In this document: positions 46,440 through 59,620 of the stretch, in pieces
How positions within the stretch are numbered: position 1 is the stretch's first letter
Layout of the letters: every line of letters begins with the position of its first letter
Assembly (NCBI GenBank): GCA_027011045.1
Contig: JALVAT010000013.1
Location: forward strand, 20,364-84,363
Origin: Candidatus Micrarchaeota archaeon
GTDB lineage: Archaea; Iainarchaeota; Iainarchaeia; JAADDC01
Length of the DNA stretch: 64,000 nucleotides
Direction of reading: 5' to 3'
The notes under the pieces: model-generated
Seen by the model: the letters and a program-made list of their open reading frames with translations, nothing else
Database searches by the model: none
Told to the model about the DNA's origin: nothing
Program-made: the position numbers and the translations under genes

Positions 46440-48668
46440 TTAGCCGAAGTAGTCGGGCTCGTGCTTCTTGCGCTTCACCAGCTTCTTGATGACCTTCTGG
46501 GAGAGCGCCTTCGCCATGGCCTCGTAGAGTAGAACCGTGTCCTTATCCAGCGAGGGGCCCACCACAGCCATTGCCTTCCTGAAATCCTCCATGGTAACCG
46601 CTGTGGGCTCCAGGTTGTTCCTGCGAAGCGCGTTAAGAGCAGCCTCACGTACAAGGGCTTCTAGATCCGCTCCCGTGTAAAACTCCGTCTCCTTGGCGAT
46701 CTCCGCAAGATCCACATCATCCGCGAGCGGCACGTTGCGCGTGTGCACCTTCAAAATCTCAAGACGCGCCTTCTCATCGGGTGGCGGCACGTAGATGATC
46801 CTGTCGAAGCGCCCGGGCCTGAGAAGGGAGGGGTCCAGGATATCGGGCCTATTTGTGGCTGCGATGACGACCACGTCCTTCAGTTCTGAGATACCGTCCA
46901 TCTCGGTTAGCAGCTGGTTCACAACACGGTCCGTAACGTGCGTAACATCCGTACCCCTCATGCCCGCAATGGCATCGATCTCATCAATGAATACAACACA
47001 AGGAGCCGCCTGTCTGGCCTTCTGGAAGATTTCTCGTATCGCACGCTCGCTTTCGCCCACCCACTTGCTCAGGATCTCAGGGCCCTTAACGGAGATAAAG
47101 TTAGCCTCGGACTCCGTGGCAACAGCCTTCGCCAGGAGGGTCTTGCCCGTTCCAGGTGGACCGTAGAGGAGTATGCCGCGTGGGGGACGTATGCCCATCT
47201 TCTCAAAGGCTTCCCTGCGCTTCAACGGCAGCTCTACAGCCTCGCGCAGCTTCTCCTTTACCTCTTCAAGGCCGCCAACATCCTCCCAGTGAACCGATGG
47301 AACCTCCACGAACACCTCGCGGAGAGCGGAGGGCTTTACCTCCTTGAGCGCAGCCTCGAAGTCCTTTCGGGTAACCTTTAGCTGCTCCAGGACCTCCGGG
47401 GGGATTTCCTCCTCATCGAGATCTATCTTGGGCAGGATACGGCGGATCGCCTTCATAGCAGCCTCCTTGACGAGAGCTGCCAGATCTGCACCCACAAAGC
47501 CGTGCGTTACCTCGGCCAACCAGTCCACATCCACATCCTCGGCAAGGGGCACATTCCTCAAGTGTATCTGAAGGATTTCCTTTCTCGCGTTCTTATCGGG
47601 AACGGGGAGCTCAATTTCCCTGTCGAAGCGCCCAGGACGGCGAAGCGCGGGGTCTATCGCGTTGGGCCTGTTTGTAGCAGCAATGACGACAACGTTGCCG
47701 CGACTCTCCATGCCATCGAGGAGCGTAAGGAGCTGGGCAACAACGCGCCGCTCCACCTCGCCCAAAACATCCTCGCGCTTGGGCGCAATGGCGTCGATCT
47801 CATCGATGAAGATGATTGCAGGGGCATTCTCCTGGGCCTCCTCGAAGACCTTCCTGAGCCGCTCCTCCGCCTCACCCACGAACTTGCTCATGATCTCCGG
47901 CCCGTTAATGGCTATAAAGTAGGCGTTGGCCTCGTTGGCAACCGCCTTCGCCAGGAGGGTCTTGCCCGTGCCGGGTGGGCCGTAGAGCAGCACGCCCTTG
48001 GGCGGTTCGATACCCAGACGGTTGAATATTTCCGGGTGTCTCAATGGGAGCTCGACCATCTCCCGGATCTTCTGGATCTGATCCCTGAGACCCCCAATAT
48101 CATCGTATGTGATGTTGGGGACGTTGCTCGTCTTCACGGGCTTGTCCATCACCACAAGCTGCGTCTTGGGCCCTACCCGCACCACACCGGTGGGCTTAGT
48201 GGATACCACAACGTATATGCTCTTGCGGAAGAAGGGAACGAGTACCTTGTCGCCCTTCACAAAGGGCCTGCCCAAAAGATGCTTCTTCAGGTATCCCTCG
48301 TAGCCACGGAGAATAACCTCGTTCTCTGACGCCGGGGCGAGCACAATCTTTTCAGCATCCTTCCATTTTGCCGGACGGACAACCACCTTGTCTCCAATGG
48401 ACACGCCGGCATTGTTGCGTATTATAGAGTCCATATGGATGACATTCTGGCCCCTCTCCTCCGCAGGGGACGGCCAAACGATGGCTGCGGTCTTCCGGCT
48501 GCCCTCTATCTCAACTATATCTCCAGAGGTCAACCCGAGACGGTTCTTTACGTCAAGATCTATGGCAACGATTCCCCTGCCGACGTGGGACGGCAGCGCC
48601 TCCAGAACGCGAAGAACAGCCTCATTCTTGTCCTTTCCTGCCAGGTCCGCCCCGGCCGATTCCGCCAT
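46440..48668 (-). CDS. Cdc48/VCP-like AAA+ ATPase (two AAA domains)
   Basis: 742 aa; N domain plus two Walker A GPPGTGKT blocks. Confidence 0.9.
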   Translation of the reverse strand: MAESAGADLAGKDKNEAVLRVLEALPSHVGRGIVAIDLDVKNRLGLTSGDIVEIEGSRKTAAIVWPSPAEERGQNVIHMDSIIRNNAGVSIGDKVVVRPAKWKDAEKIVLAPASENEVILRGYEGYLKKHLLGRPFVKGDKVLVPFFRKSIYVVVSTKPTGVVRVGPKTQLVVMDKPVKTSNVPNITYDDIGGLRDQIQKIREMVELPLRHPEIFNRLGIEPPKGVLLYGPPGTGKTLLAKAVANEANAYFIAINGPEIMSKFVGEAEERLRKVFEEAQENAPAIIFIDEIDAIAPKREDVLGEVERRVVAQLLTLLDGMESRGNVVVIAATNRPNAIDPALRRPGRFDREIELPVPDKNARKEILQIHLRNVPLAEDVDVDWLAEVTHGFVGADLAALVKEAAMKAIRRILPKIDLDEEEIPPEVLEQLKVTRKDFEAALKEVKPSALREVFVEVPSVHWEDVGGLEEVKEKLREAVELPLKRREAFEKMGIRPPRGILLYGPPGTGKTLLAKAVATESEANFISVKGPEILSKWVGESERAIREIFQKARQAAPCVVFIDEIDAIAGMRGTDVTHVTDRVVNQLLTEMDGISELKDVVVIAATNRPDILDPSLLRPGRFDRIIYVPPPDEKARLEILKVHTRNVPLADDVDLAEIAKETEFYTGADLEALVREAALNALRRNNLEPTAVTMEDFRKAMAVVGPSLDKDTVLLYEAMAKALSQKVIKKLVKRKKHEPDYFG

Positions 48669-48747
48669 GAAACAAGGTATCCCAAAAGATCATATAAAGC
48701 GACACGCGGTTTCCCCTGTTTTAAAGGGTTCGGCGCAAATATCTCCC

Positions 48748-49203
48748 ATGGAATGGAGGCTCCGCATAGAGGCGCAAGCAGTGGCGTTCACGGTTGATGA
48801 GAGCGGGGCCTATTTTCTGCTCGTCAAAAAGCACAACGGGTGGAGAATACCCAAGGGCGGCGTGGAAAAGGGGGAAACCTTCGAGGAAACAATAAAGCGA
48901 GAGCTCTGGGAGGAGGTTGGCTTTAAACCGGAGGACATCGTAGTGCTCCAGAAGTTCAATGAGTATATGTACGAGGACCACAGGGCACAGATCCTCCGAA
49001 ACCCCCACGTCTACCTCGTCTACATCCGAGGGAAACCAAAGCCCCGTCCAGACTACGAAGAAATAAGCGACGCAATGTGGGTCCCGTACCGGCGAGCTCT
49101 GCAAATGCTGAGGTTCAGAGAGGAGAAAAACACCATTAGAATGGCTCGAGATCTTATCGGGAAGCTTTCTCAAGAACTTTTGAGCCGCCTGGAGGCAAAA
49201 TAG
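48748..49203 (+). CDS. Nudix hydrolase
   Basis: Nudix box GGVEKGETFEETIKRELWEEVG. Confidence 0.7.
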   Translation: MEWRLRIEAQAVAFTVDESGAYFLLVKKHNGWRIPKGGVEKGETFEETIKRELWEEVGFKPEDIVVLQKFNEYMYEDHRAQILRNPHVYLVYIRGKPKPRPDYEEISDAMWVPYRRALQMLRFREEKNTIRMARDLIGKLSQELLSRLEAK

Positions 49204-49936
49204 CCATTAAATAATCATAAAGATCCCTTCTACCCTTAAGACCCAGAATCGCAAGTATGCGGCGTGCAACCTCCGACTTATCCGTATCCCCTGGGACGAT
49301 CGCCACCGAGCCTTCTGCAGGAAAGGGAGATGCAAACACGCGATCCCTTTCAGAGTCGTAGCCAAAATACAGCTGTAGGGGGACCTTCCTTACCCAACGT
49401 TTTTCCCCGTAGACCATCACACCGCCCTTGGGCCTGTACTCGCCGGATGGGGGTGCCAGGGATGCCTGATCCGGCGGAACGTAGAAGACATCCACCGTTG
49501 GCCAGCCAGCCTTCCACGCACGGGAGTAAGAGGCAGCAATCACGGCAGCGTCGAAAATATCGTCCTCTGTGGCGTCTATACCTCCCTTCAAGACCGTGGC
49601 GGGGGCACCAACCACGTCGGCATGGAAAAACAGATCCTTATCGTCCAGATACTTGCGCACGATGATCTCGTTGGTCCTGGCATCCCGCCCTGCAATGACA
49701 AGAAGTCCGTTCCGGGTAAACGCCCAGCGGAAGCGTTCATACCAGTCGCGCTTCCTTTTCCGGAGGAGCTGAACTTCACCCGGGGATTCCCTGGGCTCAT
49801 CGCGCTTCGGGGGGTTGCGAATAAGCTCTTCGAGCTTCCGGATCTTCCTCTTCAGCTTCTTGGCCCGCTCGTGATAATCCCCGAGGTTCTCCCAGAGGCT
49901 CCTGGAAAGGTCAAGACGAAGCTCCACCGAAGGCAC
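49154..49936 (-). CDS. Stand-alone NFACT-R/NFACT-C (DUF814) protein lacking the NFACT-N domain
   Basis: ...ERFRWAFTRNGLLVIAGRDARTNEIIVRKYLDDKDLFFHADVVGAP... matches the DUF814 core; 5' end overlaps the topo IA stop by about 26 nt. Confidence 0.5.
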   Translation of the reverse strand: MPSVELRLDLSRSLWENLGDYHERAKKLKRKIRKLEELIRNPPKRDEPRESPGEVQLLRKRKRDWYERFRWAFTRNGLLVIAGRDARTNEIIVRKYLDDKDLFFHADVVGAPATVLKGGIDATEDDIFDAAVIAASYSRAWKAGWPTVDVFYVPPDQASLAPPSGEYRPKGGVMVYGEKRWVRKVPLQLYFGYDSERDRVFASPFPAEGSVAIVPGDTDKSEVARRILAILGLKGRRDLYDYLMAILPPGGSKVLEKASR

Positions 49937-51674
49937 CCCGCACCTCGTCGCCGCGCTCCAAGAGCTCCTTCAGAACGCGCTCAAGAACGGTCTTGGACTC
50001 CTGGACAACGGCACCGCGGTCTTTTTCACCCTTAGCAACGGCCTCAAGTTCCTGCTCGAGCTTTGCCGTCATATCCGCCGTAACAATATCGGGGGCGAAA
50101 CGGCGGAGAAGATCCACGAGCTGCTCCCCTAGCTCTGTGGGCTTTATGCGACGCTTCCCAGACAAGTACTTGCGGGAGAAAAGCTTAGCCAAAATTTCAG
50201 CCCGAGTACTCTTGGTGCCAAGCCCCAGTGCCTCCATACGCTTTATGAGCTCGCCCTGCGTGTAGCGAGAGGGTGGCTGCGTCTTCTTGGCAAGCAGCTG
50301 AATACGTACGATGCCCAGTCGATCGCCCTCTACAAGCTCCGGGATTATTACCTCCCGGACAGATGCGGGATAAACTGCGGTCCAGCCCTTCTGCGTGATA
50401 ACGCGGCTCTCCGCAACGAAGGGCACGCCATTGATGTTTATGTACGCCCGGTTGCGCTGAAGAGTGCCAGGGGCCATCAAAGTGGCCAAGAAACGGCGCG
50501 CGATGAGATCATAGACCTTGCGCTCCTTCTCGGAGAGCTTGCCCTTGGGAATGCCCACGGGGTGTATAGGCGGGTGATCCTCGGCTTTTCTCCCGGAAGA
50601 GGGACGGAACACGTCCTGCTGTAGCAACTCCTCGGCATAGGGCTTGTATTCGGGAACCTTCGAAAGCATGGAAACGATCTTGCGAAGATTCAGGGAAGGT
50701 GGATACGTCTGATTGTCCGTTCGCGGATAGGAAATGAGACCCTTCATATACAGGGATTCCGCGACGGATAGCGCCTCCGCGGCGGAAAGCCCAAGCTGTG
50801 CGTTGGCCTCCTTCAGGAACGTGGTCGTATCAAAGGGTACCGGGCGCGGGATCTTGTCAGACCGCCGCTCAATGCGCTGAACAACCGCCTCCTTCGCCCC
50901 TGCAGCCGTGCGGTAGAGCATCTGCGCCATGGGCTCCTGCCAGATCTTCCCCTCGGCGTACTCGGCTGAGAACTCCCCAGATCCCTTCTTCAGACGTGCG
51001 AGGATAGTCCAGTATGGAATGGGCACAAAGTTCCGGATCTCCCGTTCCCGCTCAACAACGAGCGCAAGCGTGGGGGTCTGCACACGTCCAACGGAGAGGA
51101 AATCCTTGCCACGGCGATCGGTGAGCAAAGATACAGCCCGTGTGAGCACCGCGCCCCAGAGGAGGTCCACCTCTCGGCGGGCAAAGGCAGAGGCAGCGAG
51201 GTTGTAGTCGGGCTCCCGCAAGTTCTCGAAGGCACGGCGTATTTCCTCCTCCGTAAGGGCAGAAAAGTAGGCACGCTTCACGGGGATATCCCTGCCAGCA
51301 GCTTCGCGCACGATTTCATACGCCTCGAGACCGATGGCCTCCCCCTCGCGATCGGCGTCAGTGGCAATGATCACAAGGTCAACGGAGGGAGCAAGCTTCT
51401 TGAGCAGGTTAACAATAGTGGGGTTTGTGGTCCTCCTCTGAAGATCCGCCTCCAGAAGCTCGTGAATTGTCTTGAGATCCCACCGATTCAGCTCTGGGGG
51501 AAAGTCCACGTCCACAACATGGCCCTTCAGAGGAACAAGGACTGCTGGCTGTCCATTCAGCGTGAACTCCCAGTATGGGTGCTTTCGATAGGTCTTCTGC
51601 GCCATCTTGCCCCCAGACAGGATTTTAGCAATGCGCCTACCTGCAATGGGCTTTTCAGCCAGTATCAAGATCAT
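49911..51674 (-). CDS. DNA topoisomerase IA (archaeal Topo III-like), no C-terminal Zn ribbons
   Basis: Toprim IIATDADREGEAIGLE, catalytic-Tyr region GLISYPRTDNQ. Confidence 0.85.
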   Translation of the reverse strand: MILILAEKPIAGRRIAKILSGGKMAQKTYRKHPYWEFTLNGQPAVLVPLKGHVVDVDFPPELNRWDLKTIHELLEADLQRRTTNPTIVNLLKKLAPSVDLVIIATDADREGEAIGLEAYEIVREAAGRDIPVKRAYFSALTEEEIRRAFENLREPDYNLAASAFARREVDLLWGAVLTRAVSLLTDRRGKDFLSVGRVQTPTLALVVEREREIRNFVPIPYWTILARLKKGSGEFSAEYAEGKIWQEPMAQMLYRTAAGAKEAVVQRIERRSDKIPRPVPFDTTTFLKEANAQLGLSAAEALSVAESLYMKGLISYPRTDNQTYPPSLNLRKIVSMLSKVPEYKPYAEELLQQDVFRPSSGRKAEDHPPIHPVGIPKGKLSEKERKVYDLIARRFLATLMAPGTLQRNRAYININGVPFVAESRVITQKGWTAVYPASVREVIIPELVEGDRLGIVRIQLLAKKTQPPSRYTQGELIKRMEALGLGTKSTRAEILAKLFSRKYLSGKRRIKPTELGEQLVDLLRRFAPDIVTADMTAKLEQELEAVAKGEKDRGAVVQESKTVLERVLKELLERGDEVRGAFGGASS

Positions 51675-52162
51675 TGAGTCCTCGCCCCCAGGGGTCTTTG
51701 GGCTATCTTGCTCGATATATCCAGGGGCTTCATCCTGTGATCGAGGGAAACCGCCGTCTTGAGCTCAAGGACGCCGTCCAGCTTTGATATTTGGTCAACA
51801 AGGGATCTAATTGCCGCCACATCGGGAGCAACAGCCTTAACAAGAATGGGATACTCTCCAACGAGCATATGCGCCTCCACAACCGTCGGAATGGAGAGGA
51901 CCTTTTCGAACACGGCATTTGCAAGGGGCGGGTCTGGTTTTATTTCGATGAACACCACGTACGGATACCCCACCTTCTTGAGGTCGAGATCCACAACAAA
52001 GCCCCGGATTATGCCCCGCTGGATGAGTTTTTCAACGCGCTTCTTCACAGCCACGTCTGAAATGTTGAGATTCCTCGCAATGTGGGAAAACGGTATCCTG
52101 GCGTCGTTCATGAGGAATCGAAGGATCTTCACATCCAGTGGGTCTGGTCCCTGCTGATCCAT
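51671..52162 (-). CDS. lrp: Lrp/AsnC-family transcriptional regulator (start likely internal Met at 52162), stop overlaps the topo IA start
   Basis: HTH LDVKILRFLMNDARIPFSHIARNLNISDVAVKKRVEKL plus C-terminal RAM domain. Confidence 0.7.
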   Translation of the reverse strand: MDQQGPDPLDVKILRFLMNDARIPFSHIARNLNISDVAVKKRVEKLIQRGIIRGFVVDLDLKKVGYPYVVFIEIKPDPPLANAVFEKVLSIPTVVEAHMLVGEYPILVKAVAPDVAAIRSLVDQISKLDGVLELKTAVSLDHRMKPLDISSKIAQRPLGARTQ

Positions 52163-53309
52163 GGCAGTAGAAATATGGGGTGAAGCCATTAATACGGTTT
52201 GCTTTCCAATCTTAGAGATGGGTGTTCCGGAAAGATTTCTATCCGTGGCTGCCAAGCTAAGGGAACTGGGAGCAGATAACGTGGAGATTGCCTACGTTTG
52301 GGAGCGAACAAAGGCCGGTGACGCGTATCTGAACGACGAGAGAATCCACGAAGCGCTTAAGGAAATAAACCCAGAGCTCGCAGAAAAGTTCTTCAGGGAA
52401 ATGCGCATCAAGGTGTGGAGGACCGATCTCCGACAGGAGCACTTTAACAGGAGGCGCATCGTGGAGTCGCTGCTGAGGGAGACGCACATTCCCCGTTCCC
52501 TTGCCGAGAGGATTGCCCGGGACGTGGAGCAAAAGATTCGCGAAACGGACATAACGATCATCACATCGCCCCTCATAAGGGAGCTCGTTCTGGCTCGCCT
52601 CATAGAGATGGGCCAGACTGACGCGTATTCGAGATACATGCGCCTCGGAATCCCTGTTTTTGACCTCGAGAAGGCCATGGAACGGGGTAACGCCGACGAT
52701 GAGATCCTAAAGCGCATATTCACGCAGTACGTGATCTTCGAAATACTGCCCCAGCCTGCCGCAGAGCTTCTTATGTGCGGATGTTGGGAGATTGCAGGCA
52801 TAGGAAGACCATACGTGCCGTACGCCCGCGCCTTCGTCATGAGAACCCCAAGCAAGGCGGCGTGGCTCCGAGAGCTAATGAAATACCTGATGCACATGGA
52901 TTACATATCAAAACCCTCCGTCATGGTGCCGGAGCACCTAAAGAACGACAGAACGGTTCAGGAGCTCATATCCGCCCTCAAGTCAGAGGTCATATTCTGG
53001 ACGGGGAACGGGAATGAAGCACAGTACGAGTTCGGAACAGGCCCAAGGGTGGTTGCAGACGTAATCACCGTGCACGCAGACAGACTCGCCGGAAAAGCCA
53101 CCACCCTGGCGCATATGTCCCTGAACGCAGAGAAAATAGCAAAGGGCATCCAGAGCTACAAGGAATTCAAGAGGCGCTTCGTGAAGCGGGGAGAGATAAT
53201 AGTGCTGGTGCAGGGGATAGACAGGGCTGCCGAGAGACTAGTGGTTAAAAGGGAGGATGTGGAGGAGGCCCTTGCGCCGCTAAACCCCTTCGAGCCTAGA
53301 TTCTCCTAA
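52161..53309 (+). CDS. ATP-cone-domain protein of unknown function (start probably the Met near 52218)
   Basis: N-terminal segment resembles the ATP-cone (as in NrdR / RNR regulatory domains); no P-loop found downstream. Confidence 0.45.
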   Translation: MAVEIWGEAINTVCFPILEMGVPERFLSVAAKLRELGADNVEIAYVWERTKAGDAYLNDERIHEALKEINPELAEKFFREMRIKVWRTDLRQEHFNRRRIVESLLRETHIPRSLAERIARDVEQKIRETDITIITSPLIRELVLARLIEMGQTDAYSRYMRLGIPVFDLEKAMERGNADDEILKRIFTQYVIFEILPQPAAELLMCGCWEIAGIGRPYVPYARAFVMRTPSKAAWLRELMKYLMHMDYISKPSVMVPEHLKNDRTVQELISALKSEVIFWTGNGNEAQYEFGTGPRVVADVITVHADRLAGKATTLAHMSLNAEKIAKGIQSYKEFKRRFVKRGEIIVLVQGIDRAAERLVVKREDVEEALAPLNPFEPRFS

Positions 53310-53970
53310 GGGCTGCCACGACGATGGGATACCGGCGCAGGTAGGAAACAACGACAAACCCAACGAGCCAGGGCAGTACTATGAGCACGGAGAGCGTCGT
53401 CGCAACGATGGGCCCAACGATACCACCAAGCTGATCGAGCACGGCGAGAACGGAGAACAGCACGAAGGAAAGGGCGATGAACTCAAAAACATCCACGTAA
53501 ACATCCCGTATAACGTAGAGGGCCTCTAGCAAGGCGCCGGTTATGGAATATCCGTCGATGGCCACGATTACCGAAGCGTACAGGGCAATCAAAGATACGG
53601 GGAGCCCCAAGACGAGGAGTACAAGGGGCCCCACATAGGAAAGAGCAAACAGCACCGCAAAACCAACAAGTAGAATGAGGAATACCCTTGCACTCCTGAG
53701 GAAAAAGGATTCACGGTCCAAATACGTGTTATGGCCGAGCTCCTCAGAGATCTCGGTGGACAGGTACACAACAAGCATTGCAAGAAGGAATAGATACGCA
53801 AGGAACAGCACCACAAGATATGTGGGCTCCCACGGGTTCAGTGCTGCCTGTCCGGCAAGCAGAAAGCCACCTCCCCAGACGAAAACCGCGAGGAGCACGA
53901 GCAGAAGTCCGAAGGATAACGGGCGATCGAGCCTGCCAAGGGCCATTCGAGCAGCGGAGAGTGACAGCAT
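53296..53970 (-). CDS. Hypothetical integral membrane protein
   Basis: 6 or more hydrophobic helices. Confidence 0.45.
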   Translation of the reverse strand: MLSLSAARMALGRLDRPLSFGLLLVLLAVFVWGGGFLLAGQAALNPWEPTYLVVLFLAYLFLLAMLVVYLSTEISEELGHNTYLDRESFFLRSARVFLILLVGFAVLFALSYVGPLVLLVLGLPVSLIALYASVIVAIDGYSITGALLEALYVIRDVYVDVFEFIALSFVLFSVLAVLDQLGGIVGPIVATTLSVLIVLPWLVGFVVVSYLRRYPIVVAALRRI

Positions 53971-54001
53971 AGTAATAAAGGAACACGCACATATTTAAAC
54001 C

Positions 54002-54934
54002 GTGGAGCGAAACTGGGCAGACCTCAGTTCATACGTAAGAAAGGGGGATGTGCAGGGAAAGGTCGTGGCGCTTCAGCTACCAGAGGGTCTAAAACACAAG
54101 ATGAGCCTATTTGTAGATCAGCTAAAGGAGATGGGGGCACGTGAAGTCATTGCGTTCGTGGATCCCAACTACGGGGCCTGCGACGTAAGAGATGCGGAAG
54201 CTAAGCGGCTCGGTGCGGATATACTCGTCCACGTGGGACACAATCGCTTTGGCAACGTCAAAAAAACGGATCTTCCCGTGATATACGCCCCCCTTGAGCT
54301 ACCTGCAGATGTAGACGCCATAGAAAAGAGCATACGCGAAATAGAGGGCAAGGTTGCCCTGTGCGCGACTGTTCACTACCTTTGGGTGATCCGGGAGCTA
54401 AAGGGGCGTCTGGCGGACAAGGTAGTGGTGGGAAGGGGTAGCCTAGCCACGGAAGAGGGACAGGTGCTCGGCTGCGATCCCGGCGCCTGTAATGTAGACT
54501 CTGACGCTGCCGCAATCATAACGGACGGGCAGTTCCACACGATCCTTGCCGCGCTCGGGGCGAAAAAGCCCGTATACATCATCCGGCCAGATGGGAGCGT
54601 GGAAAGAATCGACACGAAGATGGACAGCATACTGCGTCAGAGAGAGGCTGCCAAGGCAATAGCCGCGTCCGCCAGATCTGTGGCAATAGCCATTTCCACG
54701 AAAAGAGGGCAGATGAACGTGGAAGTGGCGAAGAAACTGGCGGAGCTCATCAGGAAGAGGGGACTGCGCGCGGATATAATCGCCTCCGACTTCCTGTTCC
54801 CCGAATATGTCGAATATCTACCGCACGACATCCTTGTATTCACTGGGTGCCCCAGGGTGCCCATTGACGATTACACACGCTTCAAGAAGCCGATTCTGAC
54901 GGTGGCGGAGGCTGTAGAAGTATGGGGAAGGTAG
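54002..54934 (+). CDS. dph2: Diphthamide synthesis radical-SAM-like enzyme Dph2
   Basis: ~310 aa; Dph2-family sequence with three conserved Cys in separate domains. Confidence 0.7.
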   Translation: MERNWADLSSYVRKGDVQGKVVALQLPEGLKHKMSLFVDQLKEMGAREVIAFVDPNYGACDVRDAEAKRLGADILVHVGHNRFGNVKKTDLPVIYAPLELPADVDAIEKSIREIEGKVALCATVHYLWVIRELKGRLADKVVVGRGSLATEEGQVLGCDPGACNVDSDAAAIITDGQFHTILAALGAKKPVYIIRPDGSVERIDTKMDSILRQREAAKAIAASARSVAIAISTKRGQMNVEVAKKLAELIRKRGLRADIIASDFLFPEYVEYLPHDILVFTGCPRVPIDDYTRFKKPILTVAEAVEVWGR

Positions 54935-56037
54935 AACGCTCGCTGGAAAGCTTCAGGGAGATCCTTCGGCGCTCAGGGGTAGAGGGCACAGTGGACATAG
55001 CCAAGATGCCCAAGCATGGAAAGTACGTTCGCGTGCGAGCAAGGCTGGCCGGAACGGATTTACCGGAGCTCTTCGAGCTGGCTGAAAATGTAAGAAGGCT
55101 GGCAGAGGAAGCAAAGCTCCACGCAGCAACACAGATAGGGATCCCTGGACCGCCAAGATACATACTCCACGTTCCCGCAAACTACAGCAGAAAAAGGGAG
55201 CCTTTACCGATAGTGGGCGGCAGAACATACCACCACGGACCCCCCAGCGAAAGACCAGGCAAGGTTGTCCTTGCGGTGCCCCTCTCCAAGAATAGGGGTG
55301 TGGGGGCACGAATATTCGACGATGTGGGCGTTTTCAGGGCGGGAGATAACGGAAGGCTCCGCGTTCTGACAGACTTCGATATCCTGCAGGTGATTCCTCA
55401 GCGAAAGGGAGCAAAACTCATAACAGGAGAGGTTCTAACGAGCAAACACGGAAGAATAAACCACAAGGCGGTCGTTTGGCGCGACGTACTTGAGCAGATT
55501 GAGCACGTGAACGACGTAGAACCGCTTATTCTCGTAGTGCGGCCAGAGAACGAGTTGTTAGCAAAGGATATCGACGAGGAAATACGCAGGGCGATGAGAG
55601 CGACGGGCTTCAAGAACTTCGGGGACATACACGTGAACAGGGGGATCTATAGGATGTGGGGAGAACTCGTCCGACGGGCCGCAGGACTACGATTCCCAGA
55701 CCATACTGCAGTGCTGGCCCCAGCAAGGCGGGCACTGGTGGAGGGAAGGAGTACGGAGCTAGCCCTTTGGAACCAACTGTTTGGCACGCTTGCCAGCGTA
55801 CGCAAGGAAATAAACAAGGGCAAGGAAATAAACAAGGGTATAAAAGCCCAGAAAGCGTGGGCAATACAAACAGAGATTCTTCGATTCCCGGAGTACCTGC
55901 AGAGCGCTGGGAATGTAAACGACGCCCTCGAACGCGTGATATGGGGAATAACTCAGCATCTCCCGCCAGACGCGGCAAACAGGCTAAAGAAAAAGTATCC
56001 GAGCAGGAGCATAAAATATAAGAGCTTGCACAACTAA
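54922..56037 (+). CDS. Hypothetical protein with internal in-frame tandem duplication (KEINKG x2)
   Basis: ORF; 18-bp perfect tandem repeat at about 55803..55838. Confidence 0.4.
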   Translation: MGKVERSLESFREILRRSGVEGTVDIAKMPKHGKYVRVRARLAGTDLPELFELAENVRRLAEEAKLHAATQIGIPGPPRYILHVPANYSRKREPLPIVGGRTYHHGPPSERPGKVVLAVPLSKNRGVGARIFDDVGVFRAGDNGRLRVLTDFDILQVIPQRKGAKLITGEVLTSKHGRINHKAVVWRDVLEQIEHVNDVEPLILVVRPENELLAKDIDEEIRRAMRATGFKNFGDIHVNRGIYRMWGELVRRAAGLRFPDHTAVLAPARRALVEGRSTELALWNQLFGTLASVRKEINKGKEINKGIKAQKAWAIQTEILRFPEYLQSAGNVNDALERVIWGITQHLPPDAANRLKKKYPSRSIKYKSLHN

Positions 56038-56049
56038 GATTGTCGGCAA

Positions 56050-56144
56050 TTTTTAGGAGCCGGGGTGCCCGAGTGGTCTAAGGGGTCGGACTTGAGATCC
56101 GATGGGCCGACTGGCCCGCAGGGGTTCAAATCCCCTCCCCGGCG
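56050..56144 (+). tRNA. tRNA-Ser(TGA): tRNA-Ser (anticodon TGA), class II with long variable arm
   Basis: Acceptor GCCGGGG/CCCCGGC, anticodon stem UCGGA/UCCGA, loop CUUGAGA, 16-nt variable arm. Confidence 0.85.
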
Positions 56145-56173
56145 TGCACCCCTTCTACCAAACGCAAGCAAGA

Positions 56174-56252
56174 TCAGCCAAGGCTGAAGTCATCATCGGT
56201 CAGACGCGCCTTACTTCATCACACCTCAGCATTGGACTCATTCATCATCCCG
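56174..56252 (-). ncRNA. C/D-box sRNA with an abutting extra C-guide-D half-unit (56174..56197)
   Basis: Minus strand: GGAUGAUGA, 12 nt, CUGA, ggu, GUGAUGA, 12 nt, CUGA, cc, GAUGAUGA, 12 nt, CUGA; AAATTTATTT TATA box about 22 nt upstream. Confidence 0.65.
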
Positions 56253-56297
56253 TAGAACCGTAACATGGTAAGAAATAAATTTTGTAATAGAAGTTTG

Positions 56298-56354
56298 AGG
56301 TCAGGGGGTAACAGATTCATCACCCGTCAGGGGAACGACCGACTCATCATCCCA
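56298..56354 (-). ncRNA. C/D-box sRNA, paralogue of 38203..38260 (same D-guide cucuguuacccc)
   Basis: Minus strand: GGAUGAUGA, 13 nt, CUGA, cgggu, GUGAUGA, ucuguuaccccc, CUGA; ATATTTTTT TATA-like about 25 nt upstream. Confidence 0.7.
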
Positions 56355-56556
56355 GTTTCTTTAAGAGGGGTGCAAAAAATATGCTTAACCCCTGCCAAGA
56401 TGGGTGCAGATTCCCGCTTAGGTACCTTTAAAAACGCTACTATCCTACCATACTACCGGAGCCGAGGGGTGACGGTGGCTGATTTTAACCCCGCGGCGCA
56501 GGTGGGTATCACACTCACACTGCTTTCAAGATGCACCTCGTGAGCTCACGCTCGCG

Positions 56557-56575
56557 GGGGAAGGGCAGACGGCGG
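56557..56575 (+). other. 5' strand of the 23S processing helix (pairs with 59623..59644)
   Basis: gggaagggcagacggcg upstream versus cgtttgccgtctgcctttctcc downstream: 10 contiguous bp (GGCAGACGGC/GCCGUCUGCC) plus flanking partial pairing. Confidence 0.5.
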
Positions 56576-56576
56576 G

Positions 56577-59620
<3,044 letters not shown>

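Noticed and set aside
47502-48329. 275-aa plus-strand ORF antisense to cdc48, and similar overlapping ORFs (46795..47381, 47662..47922)
   Set aside because: They are embedded in the conserved AAA+ gene on the opposite strand and have no independent signals.
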